64,000 nucleotides of DNA from Octopus vulgaris. Lineage: Eukaryota. The notes beneath the pieces are model-generated. The model worked only from the letters and a program-made list of their open reading frames with translations, searched no databases and was not told where the DNA came from. The stretch is taken from positions 76,818,001 through 76,882,000 of the forward strand of contig OX597817.1 of NCBI GenBank assembly GCA_951406725.2, in the 5' to 3' direction. A program made the translations under genes and the position numbers. Shown in pieces: positions 13,030 through 29,856 of this stretch (position 1 is its first letter; each line of letters starts with the position of its first letter).

Positions 13030-13560
13030 ATTAATACTGAGAGATAATATGTATCCCCACTAAGTGATATTCTCGCATCATTACATAAGAACAACACCAA
13101 GGGCGGACTCTCAGTTGTAAATGTCCAGACTCAAGAATCTGTCCAGTAATGAATGATTAAATCCGTCATATATTAGGCAGAAGTTACACCAACGCTAGAT
13201 GGTAACAACCGAAAAGAGCAATATCGGACTATGTGAAGGTGAATTCAAAACTCGGTGTGCTAACCACATATCTTCCTTCTGACACAGGGACAAAAGTAAA
13301 GCTATTAGTTGGCTAGCCATGTATGAGGTTTGAAAGAGAACTCCACACCACATATTATAAAGTGGAAAATAGTCGAAAAATCCTCATCATATGTTAATGG
13401 ATCAAAAAATTGTAAGCTATGCTCAGCTGAATGAAATCAAATCCTTTTCAGATATATATACTCTAACACACTACTGAATTCTAAATCAGAAATTTTCAGC
13501 GGTTGTAAACATATGGCTAAGTTCCTATTGACGAATTGGAAAGCACCACCCTCTCTAGAC
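13030..13560 (+). pseudogene. Penelope-like GIY-YIG endonuclease remnant
   Basis: CKCPDSRICP..KSVIY*AEVT...IGLCEGEFKTRCANHISSF...IKWKIVEKSSSYVNGSKNCKLC...LLNSKSEIFSGCKH, with stops and frameshifts. This is a typical PLE C-terminus. Confidence 0.8.
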
Positions 13561-13653
13561 CACTATCTTTTCAGACTTATAATTTACGGTCAAAGGGGAA
13601 ATAACTCTAATTTCCGCCACCATCTCTTTTTGCTTCTGTCTGTTTCGTTTTCC

Positions 13654-13729
<76 letters not shown>

Positions 13730-14429
13730 TGTAAGCGTTCTGAATCCTTGAAATTTGACATCTCGCTTACTGCTGTTACCAAAGGAACCAACAAATAATT
13801 AAAAAATTGATCTACCTTCAGTGGAGGCGGCGATGATCTCAAGAAATCAAGAATTTATCTTGCATGTTATTTGATATAACCTTATTCGTCTTTTATTGTT
13901 CAGATATGTGCCACTAGCCACTGTGAGTTATTGCACTCAGTTCGTTTATACTAAAACAGCGTTGGGCTGCAAACAATCCAAAAGTGAACAATATTGTGCT
14001 ACTACGCTGTCGCATGAGCCAATGAAGACACCATTCTGTTGAAGTTTGACCTGTAGAAATAGCAAATAAATATGTCACTTTGCACCAAGCTGTCTTCAAA
14101 AAAAAAAATATTTAGGAAAGACGCGTGGATAATAAGTTCTTGGATCCACTGTATCTGAGTAAATGATTGGATTGTGTTGTCAATGCTGGAAGGCTTGAAT
14201 TATAGGCATGCACAGTGTAGACTGATATGGGGCTAAACGTCAACAAGAACAACAACTATGACAACAGACAACACAGCAACACTCATGCTGTCGCAACCAT
14301 TGCGCTAGCGATGAGAGATTACGTCATATACAGTGACCTTGTCATCCAACGTCACAGCAGGATCTCTTGACGTCAGACAGTTTCAGTTAGTTGTTCAGTT
14401 ACCTTCGTACATGATGGCGGCTTCTTTAT

Positions 14430-14544
14430 TCCCTAACCCAGTCGCTTACACATTCTCTCTTTCGCTTTACCTTCTCTTCCTCGCCCTCCTTTCTGTTGTT
14501 TACTCATTCTCTTTCTCTGTTTTCTTTTCTCCCTCTCTTTGTCC

Positions 14545-14578
<34 letters not shown>

Positions 14579-14853
14579 TCATCTCTCTTTTCTCTTCTCT
14601 CGTCCATTTCTTATTCCCTTCTCTCAAATAATCACTGTCTGACATGCACATACACATATACAGATGGATGTACGACAAACTCACGCGCACGCGTACACAC
14701 AAGGCTGCACACACATGCATGCATACACACTTGTACACATGCATGAACACATAATAGTACGCACACACACAGCATGACAAATCAAACATCTTTCACACAT
14801 CTCTTTCACGTTGAAACATGCAATCTTTTCTCCTTCAACTTCCTACTTTCCTT

Positions 14854-14894
<41 letters not shown>

Positions 14895-15188
14895 GTGTGC
14901 GCGCACACACATACACATACACATTGGCGCACATGTACATAGACACACAATACAGACGCACACATGCACATACACTCACTATCTTTCTTTTTCTCTCTCT
15001 TTCTCTTTCTATCTCTCTCTTCTTCTGTCACTCCCTCTTTCTCTCTCTCTCTCTTTCTCTCTCACTCTCTCTTTCTCGCCCTCTCTTCGAATGTCTGTCA
15101 TTCTCTGAGTCTTTACTCTCTGTCTTTCGTTCTCTCTTCCTCATTCTCTTACACGCTCAAGCACACACACACACACACACACACATTC

Positions 15189-15238
<50 letters not shown>

Positions 15239-15839
15239 CACACACACAAAACCCTTTGTGTGCCTCCATCATTCTCTGTCATTTTGTCTCTTGAAAAGCC
15301 TCTCTCACACCCACACACTCACACAAACACACACATACACACACACGCGCACAAGTACACATCCTTAAGACACAAACAATCTCCCCCGTTGTGTGTGCCT
15401 CTATCATTCTCTTTCTCTTCTGTAAGTAACTTTCTCTCTGTAGAATCCCTCTTTCTCCTTTCGTCTATCTTTCTCTCTTTCTCTCTCACACACACACACA
15501 TACACACTCACAAACATACTCACACACACTATTTCTATGAAACAGAGTCTAACTCTCTCACACACACACTAATACACATACATGTATGTACACATGCTTT
15601 AACACACTATATCAGACACACGCGTGCGAGCATACACACACATTTCCTTCGTCTGTCGCCATTATTCCCTCTATTCTGTCAATAATCTTTCTCTCTAAAT
15701 GATTTTCTCTCTCCTTTCTCTCCCACCCCCGCCTTTCACACGCACACACACGAACGCAAGCATGTACACACAAACACGCTGTCTTCATTTATATTACTTC
15801 CCCCACCCCTTTCTATCGATATTTGTCAATATATTTATC

Positions 15840-15936
<97 letters not shown>

Positions 15937-15999
15937 GTGTATCTATCTATCTATCTATATATCTATCTATCTATTTATATATCTACCTATCTATCTATA

Positions 16000-16043
<44 letters not shown>

Positions 16044-16045
16044 AA

Positions 16046-16088
<43 letters not shown>

Positions 16089-16229
16089 ACCTGTATGTCT
16101 GACTGTCTGCCTCTCTGCCTGTCTGTCAGTCTATCTCTCTCTCTATCTATCTGACTGTCTGTTTGTCTATCTTTCTGTCTGCTTCTCTCTCTGTCTATCT
16201 CTCTATATGTCTGACCGTTTGTCTCTCTG

Positions 16230-16295
<66 letters not shown>

Positions 16296-16542
16296 ACATA
16301 CAATGTGTGATACATATCAGCTACTCTCTTACAAACAGGGCCACATCTTGTTCACTTCTTACTTCAACTCTTTCTCAAAAATTATATAACAATTTCTATA
16401 ACACCTCTTCTTTCTCTTAACTTTTTTCTTTTTTTTCTCTCTCTCTCTCCTTGTCTCTTTTTCTCTGTTGCTTTCTTTTTCGTTTCTTTTCTCATCTATG
16501 CTCCTCATAGTATTATGTTTGTTCCTATTCCCCCTCCGTATC

Positions 16543-16583
<41 letters not shown>

Positions 16584-16900
16584 TCTTCTTCTTCTTCTTC
16601 TTCTTTTCCAAAGATACACACACGCATGCGCATAAGAAAACATATATTTAACTTCTCGTCATTCTCGTTATTCTCTCTCTCGTTCCCTTCCCTTCCACTT
16701 ACTGTCTCTCTTTTCCCCCCTCTCTCTCTCTCTCTCCTTCTCTCACTTTCCTATACACACTCTTCTTTCCAGACTGTCTTTTAAGAATTTCTTTTTTCTT
16801 AATATATTCCTCTTCTTATCCACGTTTTATGCCCATTTTCTTTGTGCCATTTTAAATGTCCTCTTTCTCGAACTCTCTCACTGACTCCTTCTCTCAATAT
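14430..16900. repeat. CT/CA/ATCT/GTCT low-complexity and microsatellite block
   Basis: Visible runs. These explain the 303 aa and 188 aa spurious ORFs. Confidence 0.9.
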
Positions 16901-16920
16901 ATTATATATATATATATACA

Positions 16921-17165
16921 CATGGATGTCTCTTGACAACATTTTCCGTCTTATAAAGGTAATAATACCCGAGTTTTCTGCTGCTTAAACAGCGATGCTG
17001 CGTTCGATATACCACCTTCCTGTTTGTATCGTACACCACATATTCGACGCTTCTAAAAACCAAATTTGAGTTTGTTTATATACTCAGGTGGTTGTTACAT
17101 ATATATATATATATATATATACATACATACATACATACATACATACATACATACGTACATAATAC

Positions 17166-17213
<48 letters not shown>

Positions 17214-17293
17214 GCAGCATCGCCTTTAAAACAGCAGAAAAATTGGGTATTATTACCTTTATAACACGGATAATGCTGTCAAGAAACAGCCAT
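16921..17293. mobile_element. MITE-like element with ~80 bp imperfect terminal inverted repeats
   Basis: 16922-17003 is the approximate reverse complement of 17212-17293 (ttataaaggtaataataccc...gcgatgctgcgt). Flanked by (TA)n. Confidence 0.65.
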
Positions 17294-17517
17294 ATATATA
17301 TATATATACATACGCTTACTTAAATATATTTACGAGAGAAGGTTGAGAGAAAATCGGAATTTTCGGCTAACAAGCAGTCTAATGACGGTTACTAAAATGA
17401 CATTTCAATATGACTATCAAACTGTAAAGCTTATTAAATGTGTATTCTACTAAAAAGTATTGGGTAAGCCTTCAATTTAAAGCTACATTGATTTTATATA
17501 TAAATTTACATAAGTCA

Positions 17518-17561
<44 letters not shown>

Positions 17562-18589
17562 TATATATTCTTTTATTTTTGTATTTGTTTCAGTCAATTT
17601 ATCTCATATCATACCCCAGTGATGAGAGTAAAACCAGTTATGTAATCCTTGATAAACTGAAAATAATGACAGTATTGTCAGAGCTGAAATGAATAGAGGC
17701 TTTAGGCATAGGTGTATTCAAACAGGTCTGACATGGGGGCTAATTAGTAAGACCAGTTAAACCCATAACTTATTAAGATGCACAGTCTTAAATATCAATC
17801 TTGTTACTTAGGATAAGTAATCAACACGCAAAAATAAAAGATTAAAATACGTGATGAGTGGAATATTTGCAGCAAAATCTCAAGGATGTAGACAACGATT
17901 GCTCAACAATAAAACTACAATCCCACCTTTAATTCTTGTGTCCGTTCCACCACCATCAGTTTGTGTCCCCTCTCACCTACTGTCTTACCACATTATCTCT
18001 CAACGTACCAACCTATAGAGCAACGGTCAGCGAACCCAGTTAAATTACTCCAAGTGAAGTATAAATTAAATTCTTGGGGGTAATGAGGAGTCATTAGACA
18101 TAAGTAAAATTGTATAGAAAACGTGTTCCTTGTTAGGACAGAATTTGTTTTCTTTTGGCAACACTGTATCTGTCCAATGTAAAGGATGTGTAAAAAGAAT
18201 GAATCATATAAGTAGACTCAATAAGATAGATTCAATAAACGTTTTGCATTCAAAGAATCTATGATTTTCTTGCTTTCAAATCAAGTGGAGTAAATAAATA
18301 TATTTTGGGGTATTTGGTTAAAAAAAAAAGTTCCTCGACCCCTGCATAGAGTTTTCGTTTCATCCTATCTGACTCAGCTTTTTGCCATGCTTTTTGGGAA
18401 ATCCTCTTCTCTTCCGATGCGACCGTAATATGTGTGACCTCCCTGCAATTCCTTGATCCCTCGCCACATCTGAAAATGATCGTTTCTTATTTTCTTTTAC
18501 TCCTACTGAAACATGAAAATATGTAATTTTTTCTTTCAGAATATCTGATCCTTAGTTGAACTTGGCTCAGCTTTTTGAGTCAGCGAGTA

Positions 18590-18915
18590 TTTCAGTATTT
18601 CAGCTGTACATGAACATCATCAAATGCATAAAAAGTCATTTCTACGGCTTATTGTATATCGAAGAAACTAGTTGTCTATCGAGTGGTCATTTTGGGAAAT
18701 AGCTTTTGGACGTCTGGTGTAACAACGTAGAATCACTTTGGTTTGTAGCCTGTCATTTCAGTTCTTCCTGTCACGTCAACCCGCATCTCGATATTTGCAG
18801 CATTGCACAGCACCACGTAACTTCCCACTCCCGATTGCACCATGAACAACAATTAATTTGCCAGTTAAATACACTTAATCTCACAGGGATTAATAACCAA
18901 GTTGCTATCCTCTAA
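18590..18915 (+). pseudogene. Penelope-like GIY-YIG endonuclease remnant (second type)
   Basis: GLLYIEETS...VACHFSSSCH...SRLHHEQQLICQLNTLNLTGINNQ*, matching the PLE YIGET...VAxHF...H...E..xI..L.TL.P.GLN pattern. Confidence 0.75.
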
Positions 18916-19519
18916 GAACACTACCTTCTCCTTATATTCCCATTCACTGATAAGCGTCCAACATACGATTTCCTCCGTTTCCACTCACGTATACACATAC
19001 TGCATTAAACATTTATCACACAATGACATATACATAAAAATATATTTTATTTATTCCACTCACACAGTAGCATACCACGTTTACATCTATCCTCTTGCAC
19101 ATATACACACACACAGCCGGTCAACCTGTCCACACATTTCGCCCCCAATCCTACACGTTTCATTCTCTGCTTACACCAACCGTACAAAACTAGCTCATGT
19201 TTACTTCCTATTCCTGCGCGCACACACATACTCTTACACTTAAACACACAACCTACTCGCATACTTGACTTTCTACTCTCTCAACACAATCTACCAACAC
19301 ACTTGACATCTTACTCGCACACAAAAACGCACATACTTTATTACAACTTCACACATTCATTTAACTCATTTCGCAAACATCATGTTGCAATCACCCTTCA
19401 ACCCACATTCAAACTGCCCACTTCCTTTTTGCCACCCATCCTACTGGTCCACTGAAATCAATGCCTTTATTTCAACATTTCTTTTCTTGTTTGTTATTTT
19501 CTCTTTTCTGTTCTCATTT

Positions 19520-19845
19520 CTTTTCTAGACAAACAACCACTATCCGAAGTGTTTAATACTTCCTTCTCTATCACCATTCCTCACAATATAATTGTACTAA
19601 CATTGTATCCATGTATCCATATTCGTTGATTCTGATTTGATTTTTTTCCTATTCTAGGTTTTCTTGCAACTCTACTGAGATATAGCATCATTGATGATTC
19701 TAGACAAAGGACCACTCTCCGAAGCGTTTAGCACATCCCATTATCTTTCTTCATATCATAATTATACTACCTTTATATCCTTATTTGTTGCTCCTGTTTT
19801 GATTTTGATTTTACTCTGGTATTTCTATTGACTCTACAATGATTC
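19520..19845 (+). repeat. Diverged ~175 bp tandem duplication downstream of PLE remnant (pseudo-LTR-like)
   Basis: ctagacaaa...accact.tccgaag.gttta and ataatt.tacta appear twice (~19525 and ~19700). Confidence 0.6.
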
Positions 19846-20039
19846 TATACGAAAAACAAATGGTATGGAATGTATGAATTGGTTACCAGAACGCAATTGT
19901 CATAGTTTCCGTCAGAGTTTCCCTCCATCAATACATTTACCATTGTTGATTGATTTTGTCGATATTTACCTTGGTACATCAAATATAGAAAGCAGTCGTA
20001 AAGATATAAAGATGGAATTGTAAAACTGAAATCAATCCC

Positions 20040-22135
20040 TATCATGTGAAACCAACCTACATGCAGGCAAAAGTGCTATTGGATAAGTTAACTATATCTT
20101 GTATATGGATTATCTGAAACTATATGTTACAGATGTTAAACAGTTCAATACATTACTACACACATTGTATGCGTTTAGAAAAAGAAAACAGCATGAAATT
20201 TAGTTCAGAAAAGTATACAAAGGCCACCTTGTGAGTGAAGAAGTTATAAAATCCAGTAATATCATGTTAGAAAATGGCACGAATCTGTAAGAATTACACC
20301 AAAGACATGCGTACAAACACTTAGAGATCAAAAAATTAGGCAGAGTACTCAGGCAGATTATTTTCAAACGTGTTAAATTGATGCTTGGTTATGCAGTAAA
20401 TGGTTTAAATGCTAAAAGTAAGAAATAGCTATTAAAATCCTACGTGTTCCTTTAAATGAGTTATAGTTATACTATTTTCAACTGGAAGTTCGGTGAATTA
20501 TGAATACTAGAATGGAAAATAAGAAAGATAACTATATTTAGAGTGCACCACCTAAAGCTACCAGAGAACGGTTACATTTTCTAGGAACATGGTTAAGTAT
20601 GTGACTTCTGTAATTAGAATGCTATTATAAATATCTATGTAGGAAACAACATCAAATACCTGCACAAAATGAATGAAGCAAAAGAAAATGCCTTCCATTT
20701 CTAAGGAAACTAATAGATGTAAAAGAAAGGCTGATGAAATACACAGCTCAAGGGAGTATTGAGAAACAATAGAAAATGCTTCAGACTACAAAATTCGATG
20801 TAAAAGAATTTGTTATTAAGATTGAGCAAAGCATAGTTGAATCGTTTGAAATGCTAGCATTGACTGAAAATCTCAGGACTCAAGTCTAATGTTAAAAATG
20901 TATTTTCAAGCGCGATACGCGGTCAAAAACCTTCACAGCACAAACGATGAAAAACATGTAATGAAACAGAGATGGATGAAGAAACTATTGCCAAAAATAT
21001 CTGAGTCACATTGATTTCGTGTGATTTAAGCAGTTCAAAAACTTTTAGAATGGAAATCTTTAATTACTCAATAATTTGAGGCTGCAAAGAAACAGGTAAT
21101 CCCATTATTTTTATTTCCTTAGTTTTTAACAAAACTATATAAAACAGACGTTAAAGTATTCGAGCTTTCAAACACGGAAAAAAACTACACTGCATAAATG
21201 GAAGCGTAGAGAATATTAGTGGTACAATTATACACTGCAAAATATTCTAGAGGAGTTTGTGACATATAGATTCACAGAGATACAAAGGTTAAGGTTAAAT
21301 ATTATGGAGGAATTATATCGGGTGAACCCCATGTCTTCTGGTCAATATATGAATTCTAACGGACGGTAATATGCTGCATTTTATCATGGAGATGTCACAA
21401 TATTTCATACTTGGTTCTAACTGAAAAACCTGGAGTGCGATACACGGGGCAAAGTTAAACCTATGATGGGGAAAACATTTTGTACCAGAATTTAACATTA
21501 AATTAGGGACGCGACTTATACATGAAGAAAAAACAGTATTTATGAAGCAAATATAGATACGATCCAACTATCCAAATGAAACAAAAATCATCTGTGAAGT
21601 TTGAAAATAGAAACAGCTGGCTCAGGACCAAAGGCTTTCGACTAAAATTAACCATAAAATTATAATGAAGCAGAATACAGTTTGTAACTTCGGAATATGT
21701 GGAGAAGAAAAAAAAACAAAAAGCAAAAAACAAATTAGCTACATTATATTATCTGGCCGCCCTGTCTCAGTCAAGAAAGAATTAATTGACAGACATGACA
21801 AAGTTGGGACTTATAAACATTGAAAGTTATATCAGCATGAGGAAATACCAACAGAAAAGATATGGTATAGACATATGCAAGAAAAGGTCTCCGAGAATGG
21901 CAAAGCAACCGTATTCTAGAATATGTCAAAACACTCAGACAACGAGATCAAGATTAACCACTCAGTTATTGTTGTAAAGAACCGCCATAAAAAGAAAAAC
22001 GTCCTAATCAACATATCAATCCCAACACATAACAATGTAACTCTAGAATATATGGAGAAATAATACAAATACAAAAATCTGGAAACAGAGATAATCTGAA
22101 TGTGGGACCTTAAAATACAAACCATCTCTATAATA
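20040..22135 (+). pseudogene. Old R4/Dong-like LINE (RT to endonuclease), heavily degraded
   Basis: ILYMDYLKLY at 20096-20125 (YMDDLKLY motif), MKFSSEKYTKATL and HPKATRERLH. 21600-22135 aligns to 27940-28475 and runs into (AAT)n. Confidence 0.75.
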
Positions 22136-22137
22136 AT

Positions 22138-22205
<68 letters not shown>

Positions 22206-22228
22206 TGATGATGATGATGATGATGATG

Positions 22229-22299
<71 letters not shown>

Positions 22300-22490
22300 C
22301 CTTTCTACTATAGGAACAAGGCCTGAAATTTGGGGGGGGAGTGGACAAGTCGCTTACATCGACCCCAGTGTTTCAATGGTACTTAGTTTATCGACCCCGA
22401 TAGGCAAAGTCAAACTCGGTACTCAGAACTTCAAGACGGACTAAACACCGTTAAGCCTTTCGCACGGCGTGCTAACGATACTGCCTGTTC

Positions 22491-22492
<2 letters not shown>
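22300..22492 (-). mobile_element. SINE family B
   Basis: Reverse complement of the 59756-59945 type, embedded in (AAT)n. Confidence 0.75.
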
Positions 22493-22561
<69 letters not shown>

Positions 22562-22989
22562 GTAAAACTTATAAAATTAAAAGGAAAATTTAAAAAATCC
22601 CAAAATTCAAAAGTTCCACCCGGTAAACATTAGTATATATATATCATTATTTTTCTGTCCGTAATTTAAAACAGAACAAGGTGAATTGATTGCTTCCAAA
22701 GTCAAGGTCAGCGCTCTCACTGATCGCTAGTAGTAGTAAACACGTTTGACATCTGCTGACCGCAAGGATGTGACGCTTCTTTTGTCCCCCAATCACACAG
22801 GAATGCGAAACCCCATTATTGATCTCCTTCTCACCATCTGCCGAACCTGTTTACAGACCTGTGGAACTTGGACTATTCACCAAGCTGCTCTTCTTTCTCC
22901 TACTGTCTCCGCCAACCCTCACATATCTACGATTATCTCAAGTACAAGACAAAAGTCGAAACTAAACAACATTTAATAATACCACACAG

Positions 22990-23410
22990 TAGTAAGAGCA
23001 AAGATAGCATCTCAAGACGGTCACAATACCTGTGATTGTAGGAGCACTTGAAATGATCGAAAAATGGACTGAAAATTATTTAAGAATGGCCCCTGGATTA
23101 CCATCCATGCAGGAAGAGCAAAAGATTGTATTAACTGGTACGTCACACGTATTGAGAAGAGTATTGTCGCTGTGAATTTTATTTCCCTTTTTTGCCCTTT
23201 ATTTTCTTTTTTTATTTTTATAGCTTATATTTTTCCATTTTCTCTCTGTCTATCTTCCCCTTTTTCTATCACATGACTTTGAAAATGAACTATCTAATGT
23301 GATTATATTAATGGCCTACAAATGTATACAGTGCGTTTCTCTGCCTTAGGTGCCAGGATGGTAGTCGACAAGAAAAGGAAACAGAATTGAAAGATGATAA
23401 GGAAAGTGAT
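22990..23410 (+). mobile_element. R4/Dong-like LINE 3' fragment (different subfamily)
   Basis: HLKTVTIPVIVGALEMIEK...QKIVLTGTSHVLRRVLSL*, then a 3'UTR ending in a short AAT run. Confidence 0.75.
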
Positions 23411-23989
23411 AATAATAATAATTATTAACGGAACCCATAACAAAACCAAGCAAAAGAACGGCGGACGGATAATCATAACTACTATAAAATAGTTCACACA
23501 CACACACACACACACACACTACTATGCAACACCCCTCCAAAAGCATATACGAATAAATTCATACTGTAAATACCCAACAAAATTAAGAGAACACACATGT
23601 GCCACATAGAAGGCCGATACCCGACAGAAGAACACAGCCTGCGCTACACGAACAGCACACAATATAAAGACTTATACAACAGAAGACTCAAACAAAGCCC
23701 CATAACAAAACGTACTGATACAATACAATATCCCCCACCTCCCAAAAAATGCAGCACACACCACACCGCCAGCACAAAGGTGCAACAAATGATGCAATAT
23801 AAAGCTGCTTGAAACTTACAGATGTCGAAAAATAATAGTGGTGATGGCGATGTCAACGAACGTTACCTTACTTCAGTTTATGGGACACAGGAGTTTCCGA
23901 AGAAGTCTAGTTGTAACATCGAAAATGAAGCTGGACCTTTAAGGGAATGCCTCTCGCTCGGCAGTGGATCAGTAAAAATGCAGAGTAAT

Positions 23990-26209
23990 ATTTAGGATAA
24001 ACCAGTCAATCATAATGGAGATGCAGTATAGTTAAAGAAAGTGAGAGAAGAATTAGTGAGTGAGAAGCAGCCAGATCTAAAATGAACTAGTGCATTAATG
24101 AGTAAAGTGTTAGGAAAATGTCAAATTGGATGGGCTCAGGACCAGATTTAGTTCAAGTTTACTGGCTAAAGAATAGTTTGCATGGGAGGCTGAGGAAACA
24201 ACTTCAGGATTGCTTTAATGGAAGAGTAGGACCAGATTGGATGAATAGAGGGAGGACAATACTCATTATGAAGGATAAAAGCGAGGGTAATACAGCTAGC
24301 AACTATAGACCAATCACATGCCTACTATTAGTATGGATACTGTTAACAGGAATGCTTCCAGAAAGCATTTACAAGCATCTTGATAACCAGGATTTACTAC
24401 TAGAAGAACAGATAGGTTGCAGAAGAACGGAAGGCCAGAGGAACACATGATCTATTATATATAGACAAAGCAGTTCTAAATGAAGTAAGATCTAGAAAGT
24501 AAAATCTGACAATAGGATGGATAAATTATAGGAAAGCCTATAACATGATCCTACACTAATGAATAAGAGAATATTTGGGTATAGTCGGTATAGCATATAA
24601 CACAAGAGAATTAATTCACTTTAGCATGAAGAAATAGAAAGTAGATCTCTACTAAAGTGACACACTTAGGGAAAGTTAATTCCAGAAGAGGAATTTTCCA
24701 GGGGGACTCGTTGTCCCTTTAATATTTGTCTTATGTTTGATTCCCGTCAGTTTAGTATTAAGGAAAGCAATACTAGGCAGGGTATCAGTACAGAAATAGT
24801 AAGAATAAAAAAAGAGATAGATTCTTTAATACAGACTGTAAAACTCTTCATCAAAGATATAGGCATGGGATTTGGCATAGATAAGTGTGCAATATTAGTC
24901 ATGAGAAGGGGACAGGTAGTTAACAGCGATGACATCCAATTACCAGATGACCAGACATTAAAATCATTGAAAGGAAAAGAGAGTTATTAGTATCTAAGAG
25001 TATTAGAATATGACAGAATACTAATTACAGAAATAGTACATCAGAGGAGTGAGGAAGCTAAATGGTCAGAATCTTGTGAAGGGTGTAAATACTTAGATAC
25101 TGAGCGGATTTTGTAGATTGGACAAAAACTAAATTAGCAAAGCTAGACAGAACTAGGAAGGTATTCAATATGAATGGAGGACTACAACCAAGGGCGGGAG
25201 TAGCAAGATTATACCTACCTAGAAAGAAAGGTGGAAGAGAGTTAATATCAATAGAAGCCTTCGTAGAGTTAGCTTGAGTAGATATAGACTCCTTTGTAGG
25301 TAATAGTGAAGGAAGTTTATTAAAAGCTGCTAGAGTCACAGCAAGACATACGGAAACCAAAACACTAAACGAACTTAAAAACCAGAAAAAAAGAAGAGGA
25401 ATTATCTAACTGACAGGTGAATGCGTTGCATGGTAGATTCTCAAGGATAGTTTCAACAAATAATAGTGGTGAGACATGATTATGGTTGCCGAAAGGAAAG
25501 CTGAAGAGGGAAACTGAAGGTTTGTTAGTAGCTGCATAAAATCATGCATTAAGGACTAATTGGACAAGTAGATTCCCAGTGTAGATTATGCGAATCAAAA
25601 GAGGAAAGTGCTACTTATATGATAAGTGAATGTAGCTCGTGGCACAGAAAGAATACAAGAAAAAACATGACAATCTATGATTTGAACATACTGATAAATG
25701 AACACGAATCTAGTAAAGTACTAGGGAAAAGGTAATGGTCGAAAGGGGAAATCGTCTGGAACTTTGATTTCCTGACAACGTGTCAGAGCACCGAAGGCCT
25801 GATATAGTAACATTCAGGAAGGACAAACATGAGTGCCTAATAGTTGACGTAGCAGTGCTAGATCAACATACCAACATGAAAGAAAGAGGAAAAGCTGATA
25901 AATATGGAGACCTGAGAATTGAGATTGCTAAGATGTGGCAGCTACGAGAGTCGAACATAAAGTGTATCCCTATTGTCATCGGAGCATTGGGTTCAATACC
26001 ACCCAGTCTGAAAAAAACATCTGAAAATCTTAGAGATACCCTATAATCTAGATGTATTGCAAAAGTCGGCATTACTGGGAACTGCACACATATTGCGTAA
26101 AGTACTGTCTGTCTGAGGTCCTTGTTGTGGCAACACAAACAGTACAAACCCCCGGTAGACACATTATCTTCAATCAACAACCTTACGATATTGTATTCTG
26201 TGCAACGTC

Positions 26210-26210
<1 letters not shown>
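23990..26210 (+). pseudogene. R4/Dong-like non-LTR retrotransposon (RT + RLE), 5'-truncated and inactivated
   Basis: GPDLVQVYWLK, NYRPITCL, EEQIGCR, RRGIFQGDSLSP, DIGMGFGIDKCA, RLYLPRKKGGR, CRLC, HRRPDIV, KADKYGDL, IPIVIGALG, LQKSALLGTAHILRKVL*. The YMDD segment is deleted and there are many stops. Ends in (AAT)n. Confidence 0.9.
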
Positions 26211-28761
<2,551 letters not shown>

Positions 28762-28861
28762 TAATAATAATAATAACAACAACAACAACAACAACAACAA
28801 TAACAATAATAATAACAATTATAATAACAATAATAACAATAATAATAACAATAATAATAAC

Positions 28862-28986
<125 letters not shown>

Positions 28987-29002
28987 TAATAACAACAATA
29001 AT

Positions 29003-29072
29003 GTCCTCATGAAATACCAGGCAGTGGTTCTCACGGCGTCTGATAGTAACTGATTGGGAGTATTATCATGAA
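29003..29072 (+). mobile_element. 5' tip of the AAT-associated non-coding element
   Basis: taccaggcagtgg.tctca.ggc.tctgat...aactgattgg.agt.ttatcatg, as at 52680-52735. Confidence 0.75.
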
Positions 29073-29363
29073 AACCCTCTGCAATTTTTAAGAAATATTG
29101 CACTCAATTTGTCGTAAGAATTTTTTTAACAAATTAAACTTTCTTATCCTAACTCTGCTTCACAACGTACTCGCTGTATCCTATTGTTGTAATAAAATGT
29201 TTGCTAAAATTTAATTTTTTCTTTCTTTATCCCAAACTATATTATTTTTGAAATGTTGTGATGAGTCTTTTTCCTAGAATCTTGCTCGATGGGAGAACAT
29301 TAATGTGACCCCCATCTCAATTCAAGAAGATTATAAAGATTATTTTCTGTCTCACCTTCAGAT

Positions 29364-29405
<42 letters not shown>

Positions 29406-29648
29406 TGAGTAACAGACAGATTAAATAACATAGGTATTGACCGACGGTCTACAGAAACTGACCACGGTGATTATTAGCGGGAGTAGCTTATATTAGAAGT
29501 CTGTCCATGGGTGTAAATTGCTATGGTGGAATATACCGTGGTGGAATTTACCTAGAACCTATGATATATATATATATATGTGTGTGTATACATACATATA
29601 TATGCATGTAATTATGTGCCTGTGCATATATATACATATATGTATATG

Positions 29649-29725
<77 letters not shown>

Positions 29726-29782
29726 GTATATCTATCTATATATATATATATATATAGTAGAAATATGTTACAAAAAGAAAAA

Positions 29783-29856
<74 letters not shown>

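Noticed and set aside
14774-16420. 303, 188 and 151 aa ORFs
   Set aside because: They are CA/CT/ATCT microsatellite translations with no domain content.
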